Counted from the first letter of the stretch, positions 51,137-62,684 are shown. The stretch: 64,000 bases of DNA from an uncultured bacterium (GCA_965541585.1 CBEUCH010000012.1:32001-96000); one strand, 5' to 3'. The notes: generated from the letters alone by a model not told the origin. Translations and numbers: made by a program.

Positions 51137-53036
51137 TTTTTTATCGCAGATCGACTCACCGCTCGATTTGAAGAAATTGAAAATAGATGATTTGCCACAA
51201 CTGGCATCCGAGATCCGGGAGCTTATTATCGACGTGGTCTCGACCAATGGAGGGCATCTCGGCGCCAATCTGGGGGCGGTCGAATTCACCATCGCTTTAC
51301 ACTATGTATTTGAGACTCCCGGAGATTCTATGGTTTTTGACGTCAGCCACCAGATATATCCCCACAAAATATTAACAGGCCGGAAGGATCGTTTTCACAC
51401 AATCAGGACAGGCGGCGGTCTTTCGGGGTTCGCGAATCGTCAGGAATCGGATCATGACGCCTTCGGCGCCGGTCACGCCTGCACAGCCCTCTCGGCTGCC
51501 CTGGGTTTGGCAACCGCCCGAGATCTCCAGGGCGACGGTAATCATGTCATAGCGGTTGTAGGCGATGGTGCGCTAACTGGTGGCATGACTTGGGAAGGTT
51601 TAAATCAGATCGGCGAATCGGGACGGGATATGCTTGTAATATTAAATGACAATAATATGGCCATCTCGAAGAACGTAGGAGCCATTTCAAGATATCTGAC
51701 GGAGATCCTCGCTGACGAACAATACAATAAATTGAAGAAGGAAATCTGGAAGTTAACAGGCCTTCTTCCGAAACATGACAGGATTCGTAAAACGGTTGCT
51801 TCAGTAGAGGAATCTCTTAAGGGTTTCATGGTCCCGGGTATAGTCTTTGAAAAATTAGGGCTGCGGTATTTCGGGCCTATAGACGGTCATGATATCAGAC
51901 TTCTAATTAAAACGCTGGATCGTATCAGGAAGCTCCCGGGGCCGAAGCTTTTGCATATTGTCACCGTAAAGGGTAAAGGATACAAGTTTGCCGAGGCCGA
52001 CTCACTGGCCCTCCACGGGGTGTCGAAGTTCGATAAGCTAACCGGCAAATCCCTGGCTTTGAAGAAGTCATTACCGTATACCAGGGTTTTCGGCGAGACC
52101 ATGGTATATCTCGGGGGAATCAACGATAAGGTCTGCGCCATCACCGCGGCCATGGCCAGCGGCACAGGCCTGACCGCTTTTGCGGAAAAATATCCTGATA
52201 GGTTTTTCGATGTTGGCATAGCCGAGCAGCATGGAACTACCTTCGCGGCTGGATTGGCGGCCAAAGGAATGAAGCCTTTCTTTGCAGTCTATTCTACTTT
52301 TTTGCAGAGGGGTTACGACCAGGTGTTGCACGATGTCGCTCTTCAGAAACTGCCGGTTGTTTTCTGCCTTGACCGCGCCGGCCTGGTCGGCGACGATGGT
52401 CCTACCCATCATGGCACATTCGATATTTCATACCTGCGAACCATTCCGGGTGTCGTCATATTTGCTCCCAAGGATGGCCGGGAGCTTCGGGATTCGCTGG
52501 CTCTGGCAATGACTTATAACGATGGACCCATGGCAATCAGATACCCGCGCGGCTCTGTCCCGGAGGAAAAAGTCGATCTCGGCATAAAGCCCCTCGAATT
52601 TGGCGCCTGGGAGATAGTGCGTGAGGGTGAAGATCTGGCCATCCTGGCAGTGGGAACCATGGTTTATAATTCCTGGAAAGCCGCGGACATGCTTCAGAAG
52701 GATGGTATAAACTGCCGCGTGATAAACTGCAGATTCATAAGGCCCATGGACGAGAAGATGCTGCGGGAGACGTTCAATAGGTTCGAAAAGATAATCACGG
52801 TCTGCGAGGGTAGCTTGAACGGAGGATTTGGAGAGGGTGTCCAATCATGGGCCGCCGAAAACGATTTCGAGAATCGACATATACGATCCCTCGGCATTCC
52901 GGATAGATTTGTTGAGCATGGCTCTCTCGACCAGCTACTGCGAGAGATTGGCCTTGATCCCGATGGGATAGCGATGTCCGCACTCGAACTGCATCAGAAG
53001 ATTAAGATCAGGTCCGGTTCGCGGAAGGCCAAGTGA
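51129..53036 (+). CDS. dxs: 1-deoxy-D-xylulose-5-phosphate synthase
   Basis: GGHLG, GDGALTGG, NDN, GPIDGH, DVGIAEQH, DGPTHHG. Confidence 0.96.
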   Translation: MSSFLSQIDSPLDLKKLKIDDLPQLASEIRELIIDVVSTNGGHLGANLGAVEFTIALHYVFETPGDSMVFDVSHQIYPHKILTGRKDRFHTIRTGGGLSGFANRQESDHDAFGAGHACTALSAALGLATARDLQGDGNHVIAVVGDGALTGGMTWEGLNQIGESGRDMLVILNDNNMAISKNVGAISRYLTEILADEQYNKLKKEIWKLTGLLPKHDRIRKTVASVEESLKGFMVPGIVFEKLGLRYFGPIDGHDIRLLIKTLDRIRKLPGPKLLHIVTVKGKGYKFAEADSLALHGVSKFDKLTGKSLALKKSLPYTRVFGETMVYLGGINDKVCAITAAMASGTGLTAFAEKYPDRFFDVGIAEQHGTTFAAGLAAKGMKPFFAVYSTFLQRGYDQVLHDVALQKLPVVFCLDRAGLVGDDGPTHHGTFDISYLRTIPGVVIFAPKDGRELRDSLALAMTYNDGPMAIRYPRGSVPEEKVDLGIKPLEFGAWEIVREGEDLAILAVGTMVYNSWKAADMLQKDGINCRVINCRFIRPMDEKMLRETFNRFEKIITVCEGSLNGGFGEGVQSWAAENDFENRHIRSLGIPDRFVEHGSLDQLLREIGLDPDGIAMSALELHQKIKIRSGSRKAK

Positions 53037-53899
53037 AGAGGTTTGGAATAATAGGCCATCTCGATCGGCCTCAGATAGAGCAGGCAACGGGGCAAATCAT
53101 CGAATGGAGCCAGGCCAGCGGCGTCGAAATCAAAATATGCAGCGATTTAGCGCCGCTCGTGAATCGCAAGGACTTGGCCTCGAAAGACGATGAAATCCGG
53201 CGTTATTGCGATGTTATAATAAGCCTTGGCGGCGATGGTTCAATGCTCTCCTCCGCCCGGACGGTAGGAAACCACGGTGTCCCGATCCTGGGGGTTAATC
53301 TCGGAAGCCTCGGATTCTTAACGGAGATAACTCAAGAAGGAATAGTAAAATCGCTCGAACTGCTCAAGGCAGACAAATACAAAATCGAAGATAGAATGGT
53401 GCTCGAGGCGACGATCCCCGACGCCAAGAATACGGATCTGTTCGCCTTGAATGACGTCGTAGTTCATCATGGCGAGGCCACCAATCTGGTCAACCTTGAC
53501 CTTTACTCAGATAAGGAACTCGTTTGTTCTTATAATGCCGACGGTATAATCATATCCACCCCCACGGGTTCGACCGCCTATTCTCTTTCCGTGGGTGGGC
53601 CGATCATCAACCCGCTGATGGAAGCCATCTCGGTTAGCCCGATTTCGCCGCACACACTCACCTTAAGACCGATTATCTTTCCTGCTGAAAATGTCATCAC
53701 TGTTGTGGCCGGCACGGGAGGGGGCGAATTTCGGGTATCGGTCGATGGGCGTATCGTCGGTGAACTAAAAGAGGGCCGGAAAATCATTATTAAAAAAGCA
53801 GCTTATAAAGTAAAACTGATCAAATTTAGCTCTACATCTTTCTACGAGATTTTGAGAGAGAAACTTCACTGGGGTAAACGTCCCCCGTTGAATTCTTAA
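53033..53899 (+). CDS. nadK: NAD+ kinase
   Basis: GGDGS, GSLGFL, NDVV, STPTGSTAYSLS. Confidence 0.95.
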   Translation: MKRFGIIGHLDRPQIEQATGQIIEWSQASGVEIKICSDLAPLVNRKDLASKDDEIRRYCDVIISLGGDGSMLSSARTVGNHGVPILGVNLGSLGFLTEITQEGIVKSLELLKADKYKIEDRMVLEATIPDAKNTDLFALNDVVVHHGEATNLVNLDLYSDKELVCSYNADGIIISTPTGSTAYSLSVGGPIINPLMEAISVSPISPHTLTLRPIIFPAENVITVVAGTGGGEFRVSVDGRIVGELKEGRKIIIKKAAYKVKLIKFSSTSFYEILREKLHWGKRPPLNS

Positions 53900-55611
53900 T
53901 GCTCACCCGCCTGCATATCGAGAACTTCGCCCTGATCGATAGTCTGGATTTCGAAATCGGCGAGGGGCTGAACGTGATAACCGGTCCTACCGGCGTCGGC
54001 AAGTCAATTATCATAGAGGCTCTCAATCTCCTGCTGGGCGGTCGCGTCTCCGAGATCATGCTCAGAACCGGTGAATCAAGCGCCGTGATCGAAGCGCAAT
54101 TCCTTGTTAACGATCAGGATGAAATAGTGCAGCTGGCAGGTTCGGCCGACGTTTCCATCCGGAATAGTACGCTTGTACTACGCCGGGAGTACAGGAAAAA
54201 AAGCGGCAGCAGGGCTTTTGTAAATGGCGTATCGGTGAATCTTGGAACTCTAAAAGAGATTTCAAGCCGGTTGGTAGCCATCCTTGGCCAGCATTCGCAT
54301 CAAATATTGCTCGATCCATCGACACATCTCGGGTTCCTCGATAGCCATGCGCAGTTGGATGATAAGCTCCCCGGACTCAAAGCGCTGTATGATCGGGCGG
54401 TGGATCTTAAGGAAAGGATATCTTTCGCCGAGAGATTCGCCCGCGAAGTCTCGGATAGGATGGATCTTTTGAAATTCCAGGTATCTGAAATTGAACAATC
54501 AGCCCTTAAACCGGAAGAAGAGAATGACCTGAGGCAAGAGAAAATATTACTGGAAAATAGCCTGCGCATCCGGGAGGCAGGGGAGATGGCGGGTTCGATA
54601 TTACTCGAATCTGACGGTTCGGTCATTGAGAAGTTGGGCGAAATTGAGAAAGCCCTATCAGGGATACCAGGCACAAAAAGCTGTTTCGAGAGTATCACCG
54701 GCCGAATTAGAAGCGCCTCGGATACCGTAAATGAGGCTGTTGCGGAGATCCGAAACTTAATGGACCGCATCGATGATGACCCCGCGCGGCTCGAGCAGAT
54801 TAACGAAAGACTCGACGAGATCTTCCGACTGAAGAAAAAATACGGCGGAGATATTAAGGAAATCCTGCAGTATGCATCGGATTCGCGGAATAAACTGGCA
54901 GAACTTAGTAATAAAGTGGGCGATTCCGAAAAACTTACAGAAGATCTCAACAAAACCCTTCTCAAGTTGAACCGGCTGGCAGCGGATATATCTAAAACCA
55001 GAAAGAAAGCCACAAACCGATTGGAAACCTTCGTCTGCGAAAATCTGGCATCCATGGGAATGACAAAAGCCCAATTCGTAGTTGAGATTTCAGATGTTGA
55101 AGACGAAAAGGGATTGTACAATTTCAATAACCGGCAGCTTGTGGGGGATGAGTCCGGTTTCGACATAGTCGAGTTTCAGTTTTGCGCCAATCCCGGGGAG
55201 GGGCTCAAGCCGTTGGCGAGCATAGCCTCGGGCGGTGAGGTCTCCAGGGTGATCCTGGCCCTTAAGAACGCTCTCCTGGCAGGAAAGGCCAGCGGCTGCG
55301 AGATATTCGACGAGATCGATGTCGGTATCTCCGGTGAGATCGCTGCTAAGGTCGCTTTTCAGTTGAGAACGCTATCGAAAAACCACCAGGTAATCTGTAT
55401 AACTCATCTGCAACAGATAGCGTCCTCCGCGGATCACCATTACGGTGTTTATAAGCAGAGGGTGGGGGGACGTTTGGTGACAAGGATAAAGAAACTGGGG
55501 CCGCAGGAAAGGTTGAAGGAGGTAGCCTCGCTTCTCTCGGGCGAGACCATAACTAAGAGTGCTATGGCCGGAGCCAGAGAATTGCTGAAAAACTCCCGGC
55601 GCCGGAGGTGA
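53899..55611 (+). CDS. recN: DNA repair protein RecN
   Basis: [31 protein letters not shown]. Confidence 0.95.
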   Translation: MLTRLHIENFALIDSLDFEIGEGLNVITGPTGVGKSIIIEALNLLLGGRVSEIMLRTGESSAVIEAQFLVNDQDEIVQLAGSADVSIRNSTLVLRREYRKKSGSRAFVNGVSVNLGTLKEISSRLVAILGQHSHQILLDPSTHLGFLDSHAQLDDKLPGLKALYDRAVDLKERISFAERFAREVSDRMDLLKFQVSEIEQSALKPEEENDLRQEKILLENSLRIREAGEMAGSILLESDGSVIEKLGEIEKALSGIPGTKSCFESITGRIRSASDTVNEAVAEIRNLMDRIDDDPARLEQINERLDEIFRLKKKYGGDIKEILQYASDSRNKLAELSNKVGDSEKLTEDLNKTLLKLNRLAADISKTRKKATNRLETFVCENLASMGMTKAQFVVEISDVEDEKGLYNFNNRQLVGDESGFDIVEFQFCANPGEGLKPLASIASGGEVSRVILALKNALLAGKASGCEIFDEIDVGISGEIAAKVAFQLRTLSKNHQVICITHLQQIASSADHHYGVYKQRVGGRLVTRIKKLGPQERLKEVASLLSGETITKSAMAGARELLKNSRRRR

Positions 55612-55618
55612 CGATTGC

Positions 55619-56146
55619 ATGGAACCGCTGTATAGATACATTCCAAATATACTGTCCGGTCTGAGAATCTTTCTGATCATTCCGTTCACCTACTCTCTGG
55701 TGTATGACGATATGACGGCGGTCATCCTTATTACAGCTACCATGATCCTGAGCGACTATTTCGACGGTTATCTTGCCCGAAAATGGAATGTCGTCTCCGA
55801 CGCCGGTAAAATCCTCGATCCTATTGCGGATAAGCTCTGCGTAGCGGCAATAGGGCTGGTCCTGGTTTTTTTGAGAGGCTTTCCGCTTCTGCTGGTCATT
55901 CTGTTCGTAATACGAGATATCATCATTCTGATTGCGGGATTTTTACTGATGCGAAAAGACTCACGTGTACCGGTCTCAAATGCTCTGGGCAGGGTGACGG
56001 TCAGCGTCGCTGCCATTTGCCTGCTTGTTTATCTCTTCCGGGTGAATTTTCTGAAATCACCCACGGTGATTTTCACTGTCATTATGCTGGTGATATCTTC
56101 CGTGTCATACTGGAAGGCGTTTCGAGAAGTCGTCCAGCCTAAATAG
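55619..56146 (+). CDS. CDP-alcohol phosphatidyltransferase (PgsA-like)
   Basis: [15 protein letters not shown]...[10 protein letters not shown]. Confidence 0.9.
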   Translation: MEPLYRYIPNILSGLRIFLIIPFTYSLVYDDMTAVILITATMILSDYFDGYLARKWNVVSDAGKILDPIADKLCVAAIGLVLVFLRGFPLLLVILFVIRDIIILIAGFLLMRKDSRVPVSNALGRVTVSVAAICLLVYLFRVNFLKSPTVIFTVIMLVISSVSYWKAFREVVQPK

Positions 56147-56206
56147 ATGCAACAAAATCGAGCGATAGCCTGTAGATAGAAGTGGTGATAACGGAAGGAG
56201 GATCAC

Positions 56207-56890
56207 GTGTTTAAGAAGGTATTTTTTGTTTTTCTGTCAATATTTCTTATTGCGGTGGTAGCGCAGGGCAAGAAGAATAAGACTGCTAATGTAAAGGACA
56301 ATGTCGCTACCGACCTGAAATACGGCTGGCAGATCAAGGTGCCCGATAATTGGAAGGCAAAAAACTTAAAAGAGCCGAGCGTGGAGCGACTCTTCATGGA
56401 GAAGAGAAATTATCTTGTGAATCCTTACGTAGAGACTTACGACGGCGAATACACGATCCCGCGGGCAATGATATATGTTCAGGAATTCAGCGGTTCCGAG
56501 GAAGATTTCGAGGCTTTGATAAAGAAAAGTCTTGAGGAACATAGATCGGACAATGCTCTGATCAGCAAAATGGGCCTGTTGAGAGATAGTGAATTTATCA
56601 TCTCCGGCGAAGTTCTAATCAACTCAATCTCCGCTTTGCAGGTCTTCGTCAAACGAAGCTATGAGCGCATATTAGTAATTCCCGACCGCAGCGGCCTCGG
56701 TGACCCCACGCAGCAGTATATAAATGACCACGAAGTTCATGAAATCTATCTCATAAAAGAGGGAGACGTAATCTTTGTCTTTCAGGGCTATTGCGAACGC
56801 GAGTTTTATGAGAACAATGTCGACGAATTTCAAGCTATAATCAAATCATTAGAACTTTCGCCCGAGCCCGTCTCGGGTGCCGACGAGTAA
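56207..56890 (+). CDS. Hypothetical secreted protein
   Basis: SD GGAGG, GTG start, signal peptide. Confidence 0.7.
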   Translation: MFKKVFFVFLSIFLIAVVAQGKKNKTANVKDNVATDLKYGWQIKVPDNWKAKNLKEPSVERLFMEKRNYLVNPYVETYDGEYTIPRAMIYVQEFSGSEEDFEALIKKSLEEHRSDNALISKMGLLRDSEFIISGEVLINSISALQVFVKRSYERILVIPDRSGLGDPTQQYINDHEVHEIYLIKEGDVIFVFQGYCEREFYENNVDEFQAIIKSLELSPEPVSGADE

Positions 56891-57190
56891 GGCGAGCTTC
56901 AGGATTTTGACCGAAAAGGCGCCGGGTGAGGCTGAATCCCGGATGCTGCTGCCGGTCTGGCGTTGTTCCCATTGGAAATCATTATTCTAAATAATACGGG
57001 GAAAAACAGGTTTCCCTGACAGTGATATGAATTTCACGGATCCCCTGGTCGGGAGTATATTCGGATGCCGCATCTTCCGGGACCGGGGAATAAGCGCCAG
57101 TATTGACGAAGATCTCGCATTTTAGATGCTGCCCTCGAAACATAATGGGATTTCAGAGAAGGTCGTCGGGAATTGCTGGAGAGGTTTTTG

Positions 57191-57219
57191 TTGACTGGAC
57201 TTTGGAAATTTGTTATGAT
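57191..57219 (+). promoter_or_regulatory. Sigma70-like promoter of lapAB
   Basis: TTGACT-17-TATGAT with extended TG. Confidence 0.7.
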
Positions 57220-57242
57220 TCAGCGACGATTCGGAGGGATTT

Positions 57243-57578
57243 ATGTGGATAATTAAATACGCTCTGGCTGCGGCTGTGTTGCTGGCTTTCATGTATTTTT
57301 CATTCCAGAATGCTGCTGAGACGACGACCGTTCGGGCAATGAATTACCAGTTCGAGTCTGTTCGCCTGATTCTTGTAATCTATGTTGCATTTGCGTTCGG
57401 GGTCATCTTCTGGTTTTTCGTCTCTATTTTTCAGTATTTTAAGGCCACCGGCGAGGCTGCGGATTTGAAACGCAAGAACAGGCAGCTGGTGGAGGAAATC
57501 AAGGCGCTGCGTAATTTACCTCTGGAGGAGGTTGCGCCGCAGGATATGGCCGGCGATTCCCGGGAAAATAAAATATGA
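57243..57578 (+). CDS. lapA: LapA family LPS assembly protein
   Basis: F..QN motif, two TM helices, LRNLP; precedes lapB. Confidence 0.8.
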   Translation: MWIIKYALAAAVLLAFMYFSFQNAAETTTVRAMNYQFESVRLILVIYVAFAFGVIFWFFVSIFQYFKATGEAADLKRKNRQLVEEIKALRNLPLEEVAPQDMAGDSRENKI

Positions 57579-58708
57579 CCACTTACTGGTGGATCATCAT
57601 ACTGGTCCTGCTGACTGCCTTGGCGGTGGCGGTGGGGATAAGACGACGCCGCTTAAAATCCGAAGGTACCGCAGACGCTTATATTCATGGCTTGCGTTCC
57701 ATGATCGCAGGCGATCTTAAAACAGCCTTCGTCAAATTCCGGCAGGCGGTGGAAGAAGATACCGATAATATCGATGCCTATCTCAAAATGGGGGATCTTT
57801 TCAGAGATAAGGGGATGATTGATAGGGCGTTGCAGATCCACCGCGAGTTGACATTACGTAGAAAGGTCCCGCCGGAACTTCTGTCCGAGGTTTACCAGAG
57901 CTTGGCGATGGATTATATCGAGGCCGAGGCTACCGATAAAGCCGGAGAGATATTGCAGCAGATGATAAAAGATGGTGATCAACGGGGTTGGGCCGAAGAC
58001 CGCCTTCTGGAGCTATATCTGAAGAATAATAGCTGGAGCGATGCCGAAGATCTATATCGAAACATCGTGAAAAAGAGAGGGCTGGATGGCGGTTCAACCA
58101 TGGCCAGCATAAAAATAATGGTCGGCTGTGAGCTATCTGAAGGAAAGCAATATCATAAAGCTCGTTTGGCCTACAAGGAAGCTCTCTCCCTGGATATAAA
58201 CAATCCATTCTCGTACCTGTACGCTGCCGAAAGTTACCTTGAGGAAAACAGGGTGGAGGATGGCCTCGAGTTTCTTAAGAAACTGTGCCAAAACGCTCCC
58301 CGTTATGCATACCTGGGATTTCCCTTGATCGAGCAGACATTTTTCGAGCTTGGGAGATTCAGCGAGGTCGAGGATATTTATCACGGCGTTCTCAATCAGG
58401 ATTCCTCCAATATACCGGCCAAGATCGCGCTGGCCGGAATCCTCGATAAAAAGGGCGAGACGGCCAATGCTGAAAACCTGCTCCGTTCGGTTCTCGACTC
58501 TGAAATAGTTAATCCTGTAGCCGCCATGCGGCTGGCAAAATTGCTGGCGGACACAAACAGAGTCGAGGAAGGGCATGAAATACTCTCCCGTATGGCTGAT
58601 AAAGCAGGTCTTCTCTACGAAAGCCCTAATTGCAATAAATGTGGGAAATCGGTCCAGAAACCTCTGCCATCCTGCCCTCAATGCGGCGGTCTGGGGACAT
58701 TCGTCTGA
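57575..58708 (+). CDS. lapB: LapB-like TPR protein with rubredoxin-type Zn site
   Basis: N-terminal TM, GDLFR..G..DRALQIH, TPRs, CNKC...CPQC. Confidence 0.82.
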   Translation: MTTYWWIIILVLLTALAVAVGIRRRRLKSEGTADAYIHGLRSMIAGDLKTAFVKFRQAVEEDTDNIDAYLKMGDLFRDKGMIDRALQIHRELTLRRKVPPELLSEVYQSLAMDYIEAEATDKAGEILQQMIKDGDQRGWAEDRLLELYLKNNSWSDAEDLYRNIVKKRGLDGGSTMASIKIMVGCELSEGKQYHKARLAYKEALSLDINNPFSYLYAAESYLEENRVEDGLEFLKKLCQNAPRYAYLGFPLIEQTFFELGRFSEVEDIYHGVLNQDSSNIPAKIALAGILDKKGETANAENLLRSVLDSEIVNPVAAMRLAKLLADTNRVEEGHEILSRMADKAGLLYESPNCNKCGKSVQKPLPSCPQCGGLGTFV

Positions 58709-59685
58709 TGTATTCCATCCTGATATCCCTTCTTATGCAGACCAATCTGGTTGCATATAGTCCGGAGCTCGATAAGTTTTTTGATTCCGGCGACTTCGAA
58801 TCGGCATACCATATATTGCTGGATGAGTTCGACAGGCAACCCGGCGATGAGGCAACCCTTTATCTTTTGGGAACGACTGCTCCTATAGGAACAAGATCAT
58901 CGTTATATATGAAGGAATATCTGCAAAAATACCCCGATGGGCCCAATGCCATGCGAGTCCGTAGCAATCTACTCGATTATTATTCGGCCGCAGGTCTAAA
59001 AATAACCGCCGGCAAGCTGATACCCGATGAGCCTGCCTGGAAATTTCTGTCGACGCATGATCTTTATAAGGTCGCGATTATCAAGCAGCAGCTTGGCGAG
59101 TACGCAGAAGCCAGGCAATTATTTCAACATATCGTTGCCGGTAGTCAGGGTGAAATGGCAGCTTGGGGTTACCTGGCGCTATCAGACTGTGACCTCTTGA
59201 GCGGAGATTACCAGGCGGCTCTAAAGGGTTACCGGACCGTTATCGAACGCTTCTCCGATCTGCCCCCTTTCCCTTTTGCCCTTGTCGGGCTGTCGGAAGC
59301 GTATCGGCGGATGGGGGAAGTCGATAAGGCGTGGTCATACTACCAGCTTTACAGGGAGAAATACGAAATGGCTCCCGGATCGATCGAGATTGAAACCGCT
59401 ATCATGGAGAAAGACGCAGACGCTCACGACAACGATTTGCCGGCCATTCTCGATGTCGATTACTATGTCCAGGTGGGGATTTTTGCCCATAAGTCGAATG
59501 CCAAAACCTGTGTAAGAAAGTTCAGAAATACAGGCCATAGATCTCGCATGCAGGATTTTCGCGAGGGGGGCAAGACCTTTTACAGAGTGATCGTCGGCCC
59601 ATATGAAAGCGAGAAAATCGCATACAGAAAAAAGCTCGAACTCGAAAATTCCCAAGGGGAGGAGTATTTGATAGTCCTTCAGTAA
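58708..59685 (+). CDS. TPR + SPOR domain protein
   Basis: TPRs; YYVQVGIF...NA...YRVIVGPY. Confidence 0.85.
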   Translation: MYSILISLLMQTNLVAYSPELDKFFDSGDFESAYHILLDEFDRQPGDEATLYLLGTTAPIGTRSSLYMKEYLQKYPDGPNAMRVRSNLLDYYSAAGLKITAGKLIPDEPAWKFLSTHDLYKVAIIKQQLGEYAEARQLFQHIVAGSQGEMAAWGYLALSDCDLLSGDYQAALKGYRTVIERFSDLPPFPFALVGLSEAYRRMGEVDKAWSYYQLYREKYEMAPGSIEIETAIMEKDADAHDNDLPAILDVDYYVQVGIFAHKSNAKTCVRKFRNTGHRSRMQDFREGGKTFYRVIVGPYESEKIAYRKKLELENSQGEEYLIVLQ

Positions 59686-59719
59686 ACCGGTTGCATCACC
59701 AGAAAATACGGTTCCGACA

Positions 59720-62329
59720 ATGAAGACGATTCAAAAACTGACCCCCCTCTTAAAACAGTATTTCGCCATAAAGAATAAACATCCTGAACGAATCCTGTTT
59801 TTCAGGATGGGCGATTTTTACGAGCTTTTCGGCGACGATGCTGTGGTGGCCTCTTCCATCCTCGGGATTGCCCTGACCTCAAGAGGGCATGGCAATTCCG
59901 GTAAATTGCCTCTGGCCGGCATTCCCTATCACACACTGGATCGATATCTCGTCAAAATTCTGAAGGCCGGGCATAAGGTAGCCGTTTGCGATCAGGTGGA
60001 GGATCCGAAAAAGGCCAAGGGAATAGTCAAGCGAGAGGTCGTCGAGGTCTTTACGCCTGGCAGCGTGACCCTTGATAATGCTCTCGATGACAAAAAGCCG
60101 AGCTGCCTGGCATCAATAAATATTCAAGATGGAGTTGCAGGTATTGCCGTGCTGGATATCTCAACCGGGCGGTTTATCGTGGATGAGTTCGAGGAGACCA
60201 ATCTCGGGGACAACCTGGCCTTCCACGATCCCTCGGAGGTGGTCATCCCTGAAGCCCTTAAAAGTCGCATGGAGAAAATATTGAAGTCTATTTTGCCCGC
60301 TACCACGGTTACTCCCATCGATGATTATCGCTTTGAAAGCTCCATGGCATACAATGACCTGATCACCCATTTCGGCACCGATGGCCTTGATGGTTTTGGC
60401 CTGGGGAACATAACCCATGCTCTGGGCGCCGCGGGTGCCGCACTGGCCTACGTTAAAGATCTGAAGATGGGCAAAATCGGACAGATCACGAGGATCGAGA
60501 GGCTGCGCAGGGACCAGTGCATGGAACTCGATGCCGCCACTATAAAAAATCTCGAACTGATCGCAACGCCCTACGAAGGACGAAGGAATTCTTTACTATC
60601 GGTATTGGATCTTACTCTCAGCGCTCCCGGTGGAAGGCTTCTGAGAAGGTGGATCTTATCCCCTCTAACGGATTTGAAAATGATAGGGGATAGGCAAACA
60701 GCGATAACGGTTTTTTTGAAATCCGAAGGTTCTCGCAAGTCGATGATATCTTCACTCAAAGGTATACCGGACCTTGAGCGCCTGGCTTCCAAAATCGCCA
60801 TGAGAAAAGCAGGCCCCCGCGATATCATAAATCTCAAATCAGGTTTGAGAAAGGTCAGAGATCTTAAAGCCGACGCCAGAGGCATAAGATCATCGCTCAT
60901 TAAAAAAACGGTCGATCCCATATGTTCGTTCGATGATCTTATCCGGATAATCGATAATGCAATCGTGGACGAACCACCGGCAATGCTCTCTGATAGCGGC
61001 CTTTTCAAAAGTGGATTCTCGGCCGATCTCGACCGGCTGGAGGCAGAGATCGAGGAGGCTAAAAGCTACATCCATAATCTTCAAAAAATCGAGAGGCAAA
61101 AGACCAAAATTCCATCTCTTAAGGTCGGCTATAACCGTATCTTCGGATATTATCTCGAAATCACGCGGCCTCACCTCTCAAAGGTCCCGGAACATTATAT
61201 CAGAAAGCAGACCTTGGTTTCCGCGGAGAGGTTTATAACCGAGGAATTGAAAGCCAGAGAAGAGACCATCTTAAATGCCGAGGAGAAAATCAGAGCGATA
61301 GAGTATGAGCTATATGATAAGCTTCTCGATACTCTCAGTGCCAGGATTACCGATATTCAAAGTGCTGCAGACGCAATAGCGATTCTGGACGTCCTTCTGG
61401 GATTCGCCGCACTGGCAGAGGATACTGCTTACGTGATGCCGAAGCTTGATAACAGCCTGAGGATTAATATATCCGAGAGCCGCCATCCGGTGATGGAGCG
61501 AATGCTGGCGGCCGGCAAATTTATACCCAATGATATAATTATGGATGGCTCAAGCAAGAGGATGGCTATTATTACCGGCCCCAACATGGCGGGTAAATCG
61601 ACTTACCTCAGGCAGGTCGGATTGATAGTCATTATGGCACAGATGGGCGCACCCGTTCCGGCCAAATCGGCGAAAATCGGGATTTGCGATAGAATCTTCA
61701 CCAGAGTAGGGGCCTCCGACGATATTCTCAGAGGAAGATCGACCTTTATGGTGGAGATGACGGAAGCCTCGGCTATAATCAACAACGCCACCGACAGGAG
61801 CCTGATTCTGCTCGATGAGTTAGGCCGGGGAACGTCCACATACGACGGTCTGGCAATCGCCTGGTCGCTGGTCGAGTATCTCAATCGTATAGAGGGTAGA
61901 AAGGCACGCACTTTATTTGCCACTCATTATCATGAGCTGATCGAACTAGCCGAAAAGACTGATGGGATAATCAATCTCCAGGTGGCGGTCAAGCAATGGC
62001 AGGATTCAATTGTTTTTCTCTATAAAATCGAGCCCGGCGGCTGCGATGATTCATATGGAATACAGGTAGCCAGATTAGCCGGCCTCCCGGAGAGGCTTCT
62101 GGATCGGGCGAAGGAGATTCTTGCCCTGCTGGAGACCGGTCATACGCCCGGCGGAGAGGCTGCCGTCGAAAGAGCCGGAACGGCCGCATACCAGATATCG
62201 CTGTTCTCCCCGGAGGAGAATCGCCTCAGGGAATTATTGGATGAAGTCGATCCTGATAAATTGACTCCCCTCGAGGCTTTGAGTATATTGAACAAAATGA
62301 AAAAATCAGTCGAGGAAGGTGGAAAATGA
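59720..62329 (+). CDS. mutS: DNA mismatch repair protein MutS
   Basis: GDFYE, TGPNMAGKSTY, STFMVEM, DELGRGT, ATHYHEL. Confidence 0.97.
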   Translation: MKTIQKLTPLLKQYFAIKNKHPERILFFRMGDFYELFGDDAVVASSILGIALTSRGHGNSGKLPLAGIPYHTLDRYLVKILKAGHKVAVCDQVEDPKKAKGIVKREVVEVFTPGSVTLDNALDDKKPSCLASINIQDGVAGIAVLDISTGRFIVDEFEETNLGDNLAFHDPSEVVIPEALKSRMEKILKSILPATTVTPIDDYRFESSMAYNDLITHFGTDGLDGFGLGNITHALGAAGAALAYVKDLKMGKIGQITRIERLRRDQCMELDAATIKNLELIATPYEGRRNSLLSVLDLTLSAPGGRLLRRWILSPLTDLKMIGDRQTAITVFLKSEGSRKSMISSLKGIPDLERLASKIAMRKAGPRDIINLKSGLRKVRDLKADARGIRSSLIKKTVDPICSFDDLIRIIDNAIVDEPPAMLSDSGLFKSGFSADLDRLEAEIEEAKSYIHNLQKIERQKTKIPSLKVGYNRIFGYYLEITRPHLSKVPEHYIRKQTLVSAERFITEELKAREETILNAEEKIRAIEYELYDKLLDTLSARITDIQSAADAIAILDVLLGFAALAEDTAYVMPKLDNSLRINISESRHPVMERMLAAGKFIPNDIIMDGSSKRMAIITGPNMAGKSTYLRQVGLIVIMAQMGAPVPAKSAKIGICDRIFTRVGASDDILRGRSTFMVEMTEASAIINNATDRSLILLDELGRGTSTYDGLAIAWSLVEYLNRIEGRKARTLFATHYHELIELAEKTDGIINLQVAVKQWQDSIVFLYKIEPGGCDDSYGIQVARLAGLPERLLDRAKEILALLETGHTPGGEAAVERAGTAAYQISLFSPEENRLRELLDEVDPDKLTPLEALSILNKMKKSVEEGGK

Positions 62330-62539
62330 AATTCCTTGTAATAGCTTGTTCCACCCTGATATTCTTGCCTGCGTTTTCCGATATTGCGACCGCCCCAATG
62401 AAATATTTTCTAATATCCGATGATTAGACCCATGTTTCCAAAAGACCGCAAAAAAATACAATAATTTTCAATAAAACCGTCATTTTCCCTTGACTTTTGT
62501 AGCAGAATATTATGATTATTATCATGATGTTAGAGTTAT

Positions 62540-62557
62540 ATGTGAATTTACTCACAA
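62540..62557. promoter_or_regulatory. Rex/CRP-type operator 1
   Basis: ATGTGAA-TTTA-CTCACAA. Confidence 0.6.
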
Positions 62558-62666
62558 TTTCGACGGGGCTTACAGGCTCTTCAAGCGATAAATTGCATCA
62601 ATTTCCCGGCTTCTCTATTGATTCATGGCTACAAATATTAGCAGGTGGATTTAATGATAGGGTTTT

Positions 62667-62684
62667 ATGTGAAGATATTCACAA
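62667..62684. promoter_or_regulatory. Rex/CRP-type operator 2
   Basis: ATGTGAA-GATA-TTCACAA, 1 mismatch from the Rex consensus TTGTGAA-N4-TTCACAA. Confidence 0.68.

Noticed and set aside
50873..53036. xseB directly joined to dxs without ispA or xseA
   Set aside because: Ordinary operon rearrangement; the missing genes may lie elsewhere
54300..55166. Long antisense ORFs (e.g. 288 aa opposite recN, 194 aa opposite the FN3 repeats)
   Set aside because: Shadow frames of real genes with no motifs or RBS
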